In this document: in pieces, positions 51,461 to 60,748 of the stretch | Layout: each line of letters opens with the position of its first letter | How positions within the stretch are numbered: position 1 is the stretch's first letter | From: Dehalococcoidia bacterium | GTDB lineage: Bacteria; Chloroflexota; Dehalococcoidia; GIF9; UBA5629 | Reading direction: 5' to 3' | NCBI GenBank assembly: GCA_050011565.1 | Contig: JBEKIW010000002.1 | Coordinates: 352,001-416,000, forward strand | DNA: 64,000 nucleotides | The notes under the pieces: model-generated | Seen by the model: only the letters and a program-made list of their open reading frames with translations | Told to the model about the DNA's origin: nothing | Database searches by the model: none | Position numbers and translations under genes: made by a program

Positions 51461-53005
51461 ATGGCCAGGTACATAATCGCCCATGATGTAGGCACCAGCG
51501 GCAATAAAGCGGTTCTGGTGGATACTAAGGGGCGCGTCCACGGTAAATGTATTGAGCCTTACAAAACGTATTTTCCGAAGCCAGGATGGGCGGAGCAGGA
51601 ACCGTCAGACTGGTGGAAGGCGGTAACGCGGACGACCAGGCTTCTCCTCGACCGGACAAATATATCTCCTAAAGACATTCTGTGCGTTACTTTCGGTACG
51701 CAGATGCTCGGCGTCATCCCCATTGACTCCAAAGGTGTGCCGCTGAGGCGTGCCATTATCTGGCTTGACAACCGCGCCGGTGAACAGGCGGAGCGGCTGA
51801 TGAGAAAATTCCTCGGACCTCGTGTCTTCGCCTTAATTGCCGGCACTGCCTTATGCGGCAAAGACGGCATGCCCAAGCTACTCTGGCTGAAAGGGGAAGA
51901 GCCTGATATTTACCACAAGATGTGTTGTTTTCTGGATACCTCGGGTTATCTTTTCTATCGCAGCACCGGCAACATGGCCATGGAGTGGACCGGCGCTTCA
52001 GTCTTCGGGCTCGACCTGAAAAAGAAAACATGGATGACCAGTATTTTCAGCTATGTCGGACTTGATACCGAGAAGCTGCCCCCGTTAGTACGATCGATCG
52101 ATAAGGTCGGTGAACTTACCAGAGAAGCTGCCAGGGAATACGGACTTTTGCCCGGCACACCGGTTATGGCTGGCGCCGGCGATGCTCCCTGCGCCGTAGT
52201 TGGCTCCGGCGCCGTCGGCGAAGGCGAAGGTCATGTTTATCTGGGAACCTCCGGCTGGGTGGGCGTGGTCACCAGGCGAATACTGCAGGGTAAATGCGGC
52301 GCCGCCACCATTCATTCGGCAGACCCCGACAAGACGTTTCTATTTGCCGAGACTGAAGCAGCCGGCGGCTGCATCCAGTGGATCGCCGACCAGTTTTACA
52401 AAGCGGAAAAAAAGGACCCGAATATACCCAATGTTTATGCTCTGATGGACGATGAGGTGGCTAAAATTCCACCGGGCTCCAATTATCTTCTTTTCACCCC
52501 CTGGATTTATGGAGAAAGAGCTCCCATTAACGATTGTTATGTCCGTGCCTCATTTCTCAACTTGAGCGCCGAGCATACCCGCGAGGATATGCTGCGTGCC
52601 GTATATGAAGGTGTGGCTTATAACATCAGGTGGATTGTGGAAATCGTAGAGAAAGAGTTCAAGTTGCCACTGCCGCAACTCAGGGTTATAGGTGGAGGCG
52701 CCAAGGGCAAACCCTGGATGCAGATAATGGCTGATGTTACCGGCAGAAAAATTGAGACCGTCTGCGACCCTCAGGAAGCTGGCGCCGTAGGTGCCGCACT
52801 GATAGCGGCGGTTGGCCTGGGAATATACCCGGACTTCGAGTCGCTGAAAAAGGTAATCAAAGTGGACAGGGTATTTGAGCCACAGCCCCGGAATTCGGAT
52901 ATTTATAATACGCTGTATGGTTCGTATCATGAAGTCTACAGTAGCTTACGTAATTTCTATAGAAGGCTGAATAAGGAGCGATTCGACAAGGCGGTGTGTG
53001 AGTAG
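51461..53005 (+). CDS. FGGY carbohydrate kinase (xylulokinase-like)
   Basis: HDVGTSGNKA, WAEQ.P..WW, IIWLDNR, GAGD, GTSGW, GER, EGVA, GGGA. Confidence 0.92.
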   Translation: MARYIIAHDVGTSGNKAVLVDTKGRVHGKCIEPYKTYFPKPGWAEQEPSDWWKAVTRTTRLLLDRTNISPKDILCVTFGTQMLGVIPIDSKGVPLRRAIIWLDNRAGEQAERLMRKFLGPRVFALIAGTALCGKDGMPKLLWLKGEEPDIYHKMCCFLDTSGYLFYRSTGNMAMEWTGASVFGLDLKKKTWMTSIFSYVGLDTEKLPPLVRSIDKVGELTREAAREYGLLPGTPVMAGAGDAPCAVVGSGAVGEGEGHVYLGTSGWVGVVTRRILQGKCGAATIHSADPDKTFLFAETEAAGGCIQWIADQFYKAEKKDPNIPNVYALMDDEVAKIPPGSNYLLFTPWIYGERAPINDCYVRASFLNLSAEHTREDMLRAVYEGVAYNIRWIVEIVEKEFKLPLPQLRVIGGGAKGKPWMQIMADVTGRKIETVCDPQEAGAVGAALIAAVGLGIYPDFESLKKVIKVDRVFEPQPRNSDIYNTLYGSYHEVYSSLRNFYRRLNKERFDKAVCE

Positions 53006-53022
53006 ATATCCACTAATTCTTA

Positions 53023-53074
53023 TAGGGGCGAGGCTTTAGCCTCGCCCAGTGCGACCTTAAAAGGTCGCACCTAC
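53023..53074. repeat. REP-like double hairpin
   Basis: GGGCGAGGC-TTTA-GCCTCGCCC then GTGCGACCT-TAAA-AGGTCGCAC-CTAC; degenerate copy at 62269-62309. Confidence 0.8.
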
Positions 53075-53144
53075 ATGAGACGATGATGAGTGATGCTAAA
53101 CAAGGGAAAGATTCGATAAGACAGTGTGTGAAGGAGGTGTTTAA

Positions 53145-54455
53145 ATGAATGGCGATGATATTTTGAGCCTGCCCATTGCCCTGCCCGACGGCGTGGATTA
53201 TGACGACTACGTTATCGGCACCTATCTGGTCTCTTATCCAGCCTCGCTGCCTCTCCCTATAATTGCGCCTTTCCTGGCTATCGAGCAGAGCACGGGGACG
53301 TGGGTGGCTGTGCCCGGCGAGACCGAGGAAGTCCGACGTCAGCATATCGCCAAGGTGGTGGGTGTTTATGAAATGCCCGACTACGAGTCCACCGTGCCGG
53401 CGAATCTACAGACCAGGCAGTGGTTCGTCCAGGTGGCTTATCCCGAGGTAAACATCGGTGAGCAGATACCCATGCTGCTGACCACAGTGGTGGGCAACAT
53501 CTCCATGGGCGGCGAAATAAAGCTGGTGGACATGCGTTTTCCGAAGAAATTCGCTGCCGGTTTCAAGGGCCCCAAATTCGGCGTCGACGGCATACGTAAG
53601 CTTCTGGGAATTCCGAAGCGACCACTGCTAAATAACATGATAAAGCCCTGCACCGGCTATACCTGCGAAGTCGGGGCTGAACTGTTTCGCAAAGCGGCCG
53701 CCGGCGGCTGCGACATCGTTAAGGACGACGAGCTTATTGCCGACGCCTCGTTCAACTCGGCGCTGGAGCGCGTCAAGCTTTATATGCAGGTTGAGAAGCA
53801 GGTCTTCGAGGAAACCGGTGAACATACGCTGTACACAGTGAATGTAACGGATAAAATACCAAAGGTCTTCGAGACTGCCAAACGCGCCGTGGAATTGGGC
53901 TGCAACGCGCTGATGATAAACTACCTGGCTGTCGGCTTTCCGGTGTTGCAGGCGCTGGCTGAAGACACCAGCCTGAATGTGCCCATACTGGCACATATGG
54001 ACGTGGCCGGCGCTCTGTACATGTCGCCTTATCACGGCATGAGCTCTCATCTGGTGCTGGGCAAATTGCCGCGGCTAGCAGGCGCCGACGTAGTTGTTAT
54101 CCCCGCCCCCTACGGCAAGGCGCCGGTAATTGACTATAAGTTCAAAAATGTTGCCCGAAACCTGTTATTCCCGCTATATAACCTGAAGCCCACGTTCCCC
54201 ATGGCATCGGGCGGCATCACCCCGTCCATGGTGCCGCAGGTGATGATGGCGCTGGGCAATGACATAGTCATAGGTTCCGGAGGCGGCATTCATGCGCATC
54301 CCCAGGGTGCCATCGCCGGAGGCAAAGCCTTCCGGCAGGCGATAGATGCTACCATGCAGGGCATTCCGCTGGCCGACTATGCCAAGGAGCATGAGGAGCT
54401 GGCGATTTCACTAAAGGAGTGGGTCGACCCGTTCAGCAGAGGAATCAGAATTTGA
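53145..54455 (+). CDS. RuBisCO-like protein (form IV)
   Basis: EQSTGTW, VGN, GPKFG, IKP, KDDE, SGG, GGGIHAHP.G; lacks several carboxylase residues. Confidence 0.93.
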   Translation: MNGDDILSLPIALPDGVDYDDYVIGTYLVSYPASLPLPIIAPFLAIEQSTGTWVAVPGETEEVRRQHIAKVVGVYEMPDYESTVPANLQTRQWFVQVAYPEVNIGEQIPMLLTTVVGNISMGGEIKLVDMRFPKKFAAGFKGPKFGVDGIRKLLGIPKRPLLNNMIKPCTGYTCEVGAELFRKAAAGGCDIVKDDELIADASFNSALERVKLYMQVEKQVFEETGEHTLYTVNVTDKIPKVFETAKRAVELGCNALMINYLAVGFPVLQALAEDTSLNVPILAHMDVAGALYMSPYHGMSSHLVLGKLPRLAGADVVVIPAPYGKAPVIDYKFKNVARNLLFPLYNLKPTFPMASGGITPSMVPQVMMALGNDIVIGSGGGIHAHPQGAIAGGKAFRQAIDATMQGIPLADYAKEHEELAISLKEWVDPFSRGIRI

Positions 54456-54468
54456 AAGGAGCAGTAAG

Positions 54469-55686
54469 ATGTCTAAAGTTACGGTTTTAGGCGGCAGTGG
54501 TGCGGTTGGCAGCATAGCCTCGGAGACGCTGGCTTCGAGCGGTGTATTCTCCGAAGTAACGGTGGCTGATATAAATATTGCAGCCGCCAGAAAGGTAGCC
54601 GGCAAGCTAAAGGGGAGTAAGGTCTCTGCTGTCGAATTCGATGCCGATGGCCCCCAGAGCCTGAGAAAGGTAATCGGCGGCTCATCAGTGGTACTGAACT
54701 GCGTGGGTCCTTTCTACAAGTACGGGCCCACCATACTAAAAACGGTGATAGAAGCCAGAATAAACTATGTTGATATCTGTGATGATTTCGATGCTACCGA
54801 GAAGCTGCTGGCAATGGATGACAAGGCCAAGAAAGCCGGCGTTTCAGCGCTCATCGGCATGGGCAGCTCTCCCGGCGTAGCTAATATTCTGGTCAGGTTC
54901 TGCGCTGATTCCCTGCTCGACCAGGTGGAGGCGGTGGATATATACCACGCCCACGGCGGCGAAAAAATTGAAGGACCGGCGGTAGTGAAACACCGGATTC
55001 ATTCCATGCAGATAGGTATTCCGATGTTCCTCGACGGCAAATTTACTACCGTGAATCTATTTGACGACAGCGGCAAGGCATTGGAAGAGGAGGCCGAGTT
55101 TAAAGATGTCGGCACCTACAACGTCTACGGCTATCCGCATCCCGAGACAATAACCCTGCCTAAATATTTGAAGGGTTTGAAGAGGGTAACCAACCTGGGG
55201 CTGGTGCTGCCTCCGGCTTACGCCGAGCTGATAAAGGGTATGGTCAGGCTGGGCGTTACCGATGAGAAACCCATCGAAGTACAGGGCCATAAGATTGTGC
55301 CGCTGGAATTTGCCGTAGCCTATATACTTTCCCAGCGGGAGAGATTGCTGAAAGAGGCCGGGATTAACCAGCCTATGGGCTGCTTGAAGATCGTGGTTAA
55401 AGGGGTCAAGGACGGCGGCAAGAACACTTATATCTTCTCCATGTCTTCCCGGGGGCAGGGTATGGGCGAAGGCACGGGCATACCGGCCGCTATTGGCGCC
55501 ATAATTATGGGTACGGGAAAGATTACGCTGAAAGGCGTTTTGCCGCCCGAGGCCTGCGTCAACCCCATGGACCTGCTGGAGCTGGCTAAGACCAAAGTAA
55601 AGACGGTTGGCGGCAAGGGCTTCCCCATTTCCATCGAGCATATCGATAAGGACGGCAAGTCGCAGAAGTTGAACCTGTTTAGCTAG
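54469..55686 (+). CDS. Saccharopine dehydrogenase-family oxidoreductase
   Basis: LGGSGAVG, NCVGPF, YVDICD, GSSPG, HPE, GVLPPE. Confidence 0.9.
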   Translation: MSKVTVLGGSGAVGSIASETLASSGVFSEVTVADINIAAARKVAGKLKGSKVSAVEFDADGPQSLRKVIGGSSVVLNCVGPFYKYGPTILKTVIEARINYVDICDDFDATEKLLAMDDKAKKAGVSALIGMGSSPGVANILVRFCADSLLDQVEAVDIYHAHGGEKIEGPAVVKHRIHSMQIGIPMFLDGKFTTVNLFDDSGKALEEEAEFKDVGTYNVYGYPHPETITLPKYLKGLKRVTNLGLVLPPAYAELIKGMVRLGVTDEKPIEVQGHKIVPLEFAVAYILSQRERLLKEAGINQPMGCLKIVVKGVKDGGKNTYIFSMSSRGQGMGEGTGIPAAIGAIIMGTGKITLKGVLPPEACVNPMDLLELAKTKVKTVGGKGFPISIEHIDKDGKSQKLNLFS

Positions 55687-55688
55687 TG

Positions 55689-55823
55689 AAATCCCCCTTA
55701 ACCCCCCTTTTTCTAAGGGGGAGATGAATTTTTACCTTTTTCTAAGGGGGAGATAAGCTTTTACCTTTTCTAAAGGACGAAATAAACCTCTCCCTTTCGT
55801 AAAGGGAGATTGAGAGGGATTTT
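55689..55823. repeat. Palindromic element with tandem CCTTTTCTAAGGGGG hairpins upstream of the DUF559 gene
   Basis: AAATCCCCC..AGGGATTT termini; partial copies at 60637-60661 and 62458-62494. Confidence 0.8.
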
Positions 55824-55829
55824 ATTAAA

Positions 55830-56189
55830 ATGCTAACCTACAACAATAGACTGGCAAGCTATAGCCGTGAACTGAGAAAGAATATGACGGATGCCGAACG
55901 GTATCTCTGGTCTAAGGTAAGGATGCGACAAGTAGGAGGCTGCCAATTCTATAGGCAGAGAATTATAGGTGATTACATAGTGGACTTTTTTTGCCCCAGA
56001 GCAAAACTGGTAATTGAAGTCGATGGTGGCCAGCATAGTTCTGATGAGATTACCGCTGCAGATGAAGAGAGGGATGAATATTTGAAAAGCAAAGGTTTGA
56101 AAGTGATAAGATTTAATAATATTGAAGTTCTCAGGAATATTGAAGGGGTGGTGGAAAAAATACTTGAGAATATGAGGTATATCAGGTAG
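55830..56189 (+). CDS. DUF559 (Vsr-like) endonuclease-domain protein
   Basis: LRKNMTDAE..LW, RQ..IGDYIVDF, IEVDGGQH, RD.YL, V.RF.N. Confidence 0.92.
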   Translation: MLTYNNRLASYSRELRKNMTDAERYLWSKVRMRQVGGCQFYRQRIIGDYIVDFFCPRAKLVIEVDGGQHSSDEITAADEERDEYLKSKGLKVIRFNNIEVLRNIEGVVEKILENMRYIR

Positions 56190-56240
56190 CTCCCCATAAT
56201 CCTCCTCACCTTTGACTTTTGGCCTTTAAATTTTTACTTT

Positions 56241-57110
56241 ATGTCCATGACCATCCGTGAAACCATCCGCCGTCGGTTCAGCGTCCGGCATTACCAACCA
56301 AAACCGGTGCCGGAAGACATCTTAAAGGCTGTTGAAAAATCCGGTGAAACATCCCTGGCTCTGGCCGACGGCATTAAAGCCCGCTTCCACTTAATCAACG
56401 AGGGCAGGCTGGTGGCGGAGCAGATGACCTTTCAAACCGGCAGACGGTGGCTCTTCGGCTCAGCGCCGCACTTCATCATAGCCACCTCGGAGGAAAAGCC
56501 CCTGTTTATGTTGAACATGGGCTTCCGCATGGAGCAGGTGATGCTTTTTGCCACCACGCAGGGCCTGGGCACTTGCTGGATTGGCGGCCTGTTCACCGAG
56601 AAGCGAATCGGGACCTTTTTAGGATTGGATAAAGGCGAGCGCGTCATCGCCCTGACGCCGCTCGGCTATCCCGATGTCTCGTCCTACGGGCGGGCTATAC
56701 ACAGCATCGTTCACCTGGGCGGGCCGGATTCCAGGCGGAGGCAGCCTCTGGAGCAGATAGTCTTCGGCTCCCGGTGGGGTACGCCGCTTGAGACTAAGGG
56801 CAACGAGCTTCTGGAAGTTTTGGAATGCACCCGCCTGGCGCCGTCGTGGGCAAATACGCAGCCCTGGCGCTTTTTAGTGAATGGCAGGGAAATAATAGCT
56901 GTTGCCGACGCCAGCGGCAGAAACCTTTCCGTCCGCGATGGAAAGCATTATTATCGCCTCGACCTCGGCATCGCCATGGCGCATTTCTACCTGTCGGCTA
57001 AAGAGCTGGGCTGGAAAGGAAGCTGGCAGGTTACCGGCTTCGACCCGGCGCAGGTGGCTAAACAGCACGCCATTCCCGCCGGCTTTGAGGTGCTGGGGAT
57101 ATACAGGTGA
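56241..57110 (+). CDS. Two-domain nitroreductase-family protein
   Basis: RFSVRHY, GLGTCWIG, LAPSWANTQPW, DLGIAMAHF. Confidence 0.9.
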   Translation: MSMTIRETIRRRFSVRHYQPKPVPEDILKAVEKSGETSLALADGIKARFHLINEGRLVAEQMTFQTGRRWLFGSAPHFIIATSEEKPLFMLNMGFRMEQVMLFATTQGLGTCWIGGLFTEKRIGTFLGLDKGERVIALTPLGYPDVSSYGRAIHSIVHLGGPDSRRRQPLEQIVFGSRWGTPLETKGNELLEVLECTRLAPSWANTQPWRFLVNGREIIAVADASGRNLSVRDGKHYYRLDLGIAMAHFYLSAKELGWKGSWQVTGFDPAQVAKQHAIPAGFEVLGIYR

Positions 57111-57181
57111 TAGGCTATTCATTTTTGCAATAGCTTGCCCGTTAGGGTTATCATTGGTTACATCAAGAAGAAGAGTAAGAA

Positions 57182-57727
57182 ATGAAAAAGAAATCAATCA
57201 CCGTGGCGGTAAGCGGAGCCTTCGACCCCATACACGTAGGTCATATTGCCTACCTGCGTGAAGCGGCCAAACTGGGTGACAGGCTGGTGGTGATATTGAA
57301 CAACGACATTTTTCTGCTCAGGAAAAAAGGGTTTGTGTTCCGGCCGTTCGAGGACAGAAAAGAGATACTGGAGAACATTAAGGGTGTAGATGAGGTTATC
57401 GCGTCTATAGATGACGACCAGACAGTCTGTAAAACCCTGGAACTGCTCAAGCCCGATATATTCGCCAAAGGAGGCTATCGGACGGGCCCCGAAAATATTC
57501 CCGAAGCCGAGACCTGCCGCGCCATCGGCTGCAAGGTAGTCACCATGGTCGGCGGCGGCAAACTTCGCGCCGATGAGGAGTTGGACTCAAAGCTTAAGGG
57601 ATTTGGCAGGCACGAGGAAGGCACGGTTGAAATCGACTGCCCCTACTGTGACGACCATCCCATATTAAAAGAGAGATGTCTCCACTGCAAAGGCAAGGGC
57701 AAGGTGGATGTGGGGAAGGCGGACTAA
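57182..57727 (+). CDS. Cytidylyltransferase-family protein (TagD/RibL-like) with a C-terminal Zn finger
   Basis: SGAFDPIHVGH, R.EILE.I.GVD, PDIFAKGG; CPYC..CLHCKGKG. Confidence 0.85.
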   Translation: MKKKSITVAVSGAFDPIHVGHIAYLREAAKLGDRLVVILNNDIFLLRKKGFVFRPFEDRKEILENIKGVDEVIASIDDDQTVCKTLELLKPDIFAKGGYRTGPENIPEAETCRAIGCKVVTMVGGGKLRADEELDSKLKGFGRHEEGTVEIDCPYCDDHPILKERCLHCKGKGKVDVGKAD

Positions 57728-57753
57728 GTTATAATCCCACGCCCGCAACGGCT

Positions 57754-58320
57754 TTACTTCTGAGTTTCTATTGGCACTCTTCGGCGATAGGCATAGCGTT
57801 TTTGCGTCCACAGGCCGGTGAAGAAGGCCCGGTTCATCAGATACCGGTTATCGGCCACACTCAGCAGGTCCTTGGAGACGCCGGTCTCGAAGTAAGCCAC
57901 CTCGACATGCTTACCCATGTTCTTTACCGCTTGAAGTGCATAGGCGAAGTCGGCGTCACCGCTCACCAGCACTGCCACGTCGTAGAAGTCGTTCCAGGCA
58001 AAATACAGCAGGTCCGTAGCCAGCATGATATCTATGCCCTTCTCCACCGGTATTCCCTGTGACACCTTCATGCCTCCCAGCCGAATCTCCAGATACGGTG
58101 TCTTGCGCAGTATATCGAGGAATTCCTGTTGGTCTCGATAGCCGTCGGGCTTTTGTGTCGGGTCCTGTAAGACGTTGTAATAATATGTCCGGAACAATCG
58201 CCTGGCGCCGCATAGCTTATTGGAAAATTCAGAGAAGTTGATGTTGTGATGCCCGAAGCTACCCCGCAGACCGTGATATAAATTGCTGCCGTCTATGAAA
58301 ATGGCTACTCTGTCGTCCAT
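57754..58320 (-). CDS. NYN (LabA/DUF88) PIN-fold protein
   Basis: FIDGSN, EKGIDI, LVSGDADF, GKHV. Confidence 0.92.
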   Translation of the reverse strand: MDDRVAIFIDGSNLYHGLRGSFGHHNINFSEFSNKLCGARRLFRTYYYNVLQDPTQKPDGYRDQQEFLDILRKTPYLEIRLGGMKVSQGIPVEKGIDIMLATDLLYFAWNDFYDVAVLVSGDADFAYALQAVKNMGKHVEVAYFETGVSKDLLSVADNRYLMNRAFFTGLWTQKRYAYRRRVPIETQK

Positions 58321-58398
58321 TACATCCTCCCTTAAGACCGGCTAAAAGCCTTTGATAATTGCATTATAACACCGAATATGGGGAGACGTATATGAGTG

Positions 58399-58595
58399 AA
58401 AGTCAAAGGTTAAAAGCAAAAAATAAAAGGTTCACGTCAAAATTTGATAGTTATTTTTGATTTTTTACATGTACCTTTGACTTTTGGCCTTTAACTTTTA
58501 ACTTGTTGACCCCCGCTCATTCTGAGCTTGTCGAAGAATGTACCTTTTTGACTTTCGACTTGTACCTTTGACTTTTGGCCTTTAACTTTTAACTT
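58399..58595. repeat. Heptamer-repeat palindromic element with an embedded CTGAGCTTGTCGAAG half-element
   Basis: AAAGTCA/AAGGTTA left arm; the 35-mer TGTACCTTTGACTTTTGGCCTTTAACTTTTAACTT occurs twice (58470, 58561). Confidence 0.8.
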
Positions 58596-60420
58596 AACTC
58601 TCTCGGCTGGCGGTGTGGCGGGCTCTGGCGCGCTGGTTCTGTGTCAGCAACCGCTTGCGCAGCCTGATGTTGGCCGGCGTCACCTCGATAAGCTCGTCGT
58701 CGCTGATAATGCCCAGAGATTCTTCTAGGCTGAATTTCACCGCCGGCGTCAACTTGATGGCAATATCTGATGTGGAAGCCCGGATATTGGTCTGTTTTTT
58801 CTCCTTGGCCACGTTGACCGCCAGGTCGGTCCCACGGGCATGCATGCCCACTATCATACCCTCGTACACGGCGGTGCCCGGCTCGATGAATGTTATGCCT
58901 CTTCCCTGGGCATTGTTTAATCCGTAGGTAACGGCGGTACCGGCTTCGGAAGCCACCAGCATGCCGCTGCGGGTGGAAACGATATCTCCATACCAGGGCT
59001 CATATCCCAGGAACAAGGTGCTCATAATGCCCTCGCCCCGGGTGGCGGTCAAAAACATGCTGCGGAAGCCGATCAGGCCGCGCGTGGGGATGTGAAATTC
59101 CAGTCGCACATTGCCCTGCCCGTCGTTGCGCATATTGGCCAATCTCGCCTGGCGCGTGCTCAAAATTTCCATAAGCGCACCCACGTGTTCTTCGCGCGTA
59201 TCGATGGTCAGCTCTTCCACGGGTTCCATAAGCGTGCCGTTTATTTCTTTGGTTATAACTTCAGGCTTTGAAATTTCAAACTCGAAGTCCTGGCGGCGCA
59301 TAGTCTCGATAAGTATTGCCAGGTGCAGCTCGCCTCTGCCGGATACCAGGAAAATATCGGGAGTTTCGGTATCCTGCACCCTCAGGCTGAGATTTGTTTC
59401 CAGCTCCCGATAAAGCCTTTCCCGGAGCTGCCTCGAGGTGCCGTATTTGCCTTCTCTGCCGGCGAGCGGTGAACTATTCACGCCGAACATCATTTTTAAT
59501 GTAGGTTCGCCTATCTCTATACGGGGCAGTGCCTCCGGCTGGTCGGGACTGGCTATGGTATCGCCGATACTTACTATTTCCACGCCGGTTATGGCCACGA
59601 TATCGCCGGCGGTTGCCTCCTCAACTTCCGGTTGGTCGAGGCCCAAGAAGGTGAACACCTGGTTCACCTCGTAGTTCTGGGTGCTGCCGTCAGCGCCGAT
59701 AACGGCCACCTTATCGTGCGGCTTAACGCTGCCGCGGTAAATTTTGCCGATGGCTAGCTTGCCTTTGTAGCTGCTATAGTCCAGGTTGGATACCAGCATC
59801 TGGAAAGGTCCGGCCTCGATGCCGGGCGGCGGCACCTTATGGAGTATAGATTCGAACAATGGTATAAGGTCTTCGCCTTCTTTCTCCGGGTCGGTGCTAG
59901 CTGTGCCGTCCCTGGCGCTGGCGTACAGTACCGGAAAATCGAGCTGGTCGGCGTCGGTGACTAACTCCAGAAACAGGTCCTGAGTCAGCCGGACCACCTC
60001 GGGTATCCTGGAATTTACCCTGTCAATTTTATTAATGACCACAATCGGTTTCAGCTTCTTAGCCAGTGCCTGCTTCAGCACAAACCTGGTCTGGGGCATC
60101 GGTCCATCGATAGAATCGACCAGCAGCAGGCAGCCGTCTGCCATATTCATGACGCGCTCCACTTCGCCGCTGAAATCGGCGTGGCCCGGGGTATCTATGA
60201 TATTTATCTTTACGCCGAGGTAGATTACGGCGGTGTTCTTGGCCAGTATGGTAATGCCCTTCTCCCGTTCCAGCGCGTTCCGGTCGAGTATCAAATTGCC
60301 CACCTGCTGGTTATCACGGAAGATTTTGCTTTGTTTCAGCATCATATCCACCAGGCTCGTCTTGCCATGGTCGACATGGGCGATTATGACAATATTTCTT
60401 AAATCGTCTCGATAGTTCAT
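58594..60420 (-). CDS. typA: Translational GTPase TypA/BipA
   Basis: IAHVDHGKT, EREKGITILAK, DTPGHADF, GRGELHL, KKQTNIR. Confidence 0.97.
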   Translation of the reverse strand: MNYRDDLRNIVIIAHVDHGKTSLVDMMLKQSKIFRDNQQVGNLILDRNALEREKGITILAKNTAVIYLGVKINIIDTPGHADFSGEVERVMNMADGCLLLVDSIDGPMPQTRFVLKQALAKKLKPIVVINKIDRVNSRIPEVVRLTQDLFLELVTDADQLDFPVLYASARDGTASTDPEKEGEDLIPLFESILHKVPPPGIEAGPFQMLVSNLDYSSYKGKLAIGKIYRGSVKPHDKVAVIGADGSTQNYEVNQVFTFLGLDQPEVEEATAGDIVAITGVEIVSIGDTIASPDQPEALPRIEIGEPTLKMMFGVNSSPLAGREGKYGTSRQLRERLYRELETNLSLRVQDTETPDIFLVSGRGELHLAILIETMRRQDFEFEISKPEVITKEINGTLMEPVEELTIDTREEHVGALMEILSTRQARLANMRNDGQGNVRLEFHIPTRGLIGFRSMFLTATRGEGIMSTLFLGYEPWYGDIVSTRSGMLVASEAGTAVTYGLNNAQGRGITFIEPGTAVYEGMIVGMHARGTDLAVNVAKEKKQTNIRASTSDIAIKLTPAVKFSLEESLGIISDDELIEVTPANIRLRKRLLTQNQRARARHTASRES

Positions 60421-60504
60421 ACCGATACGTATTTTAAGCGATTTCACACCCCGATAGCCAATTTAATGAACCTCTCCTTCTATGTCATCGCGGGAAGTTT
60501 AAGC

Positions 60505-60661
60505 GGGGCGCAGCCCCTCTTAGAAAAAATGTATCCCCTCTCCCGTGGGAGGAAGGGTGGGCAGGCATCCAGCGAGGATTTATTCCCGCTGGGATAAGGG
60601 GAGAGGGATAGGGCAGGGTGAGGGTGAAAAGTAAAAGTAAAGGGAGATTGAGAGGGATTTT
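60505..60661. repeat. Nested palindromic elements
   Basis: GGGGC-GCA-GCCCC; CCCTCTCCC..GGGAGAGGG enclosing a CCAGCG..CGCTGG stem; 25-nt exact match to 55799-55823. Confidence 0.75.
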
Positions 60662-60748
60662 CTCGAAGGAGTCATTAACTGTAGCCGGGATTTCCCCGTG
60701 AACCCGGATTGGAGCGATGGCGAACATCATACTTGATGCATTCTGGCT

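Noticed and set aside
53145-54455. CO2-fixing RuBisCO / Calvin cycle
   Set aside because: The K177, R295 and H327 equivalents are substituted, and there is no prk or small subunit gene in the window.
55830-58320. DUF559 + NYN as an anti-phage defence island
   Set aside because: The genes are not adjacent, have opposite orientation and are separated by metabolic genes; no other defence markers are present.
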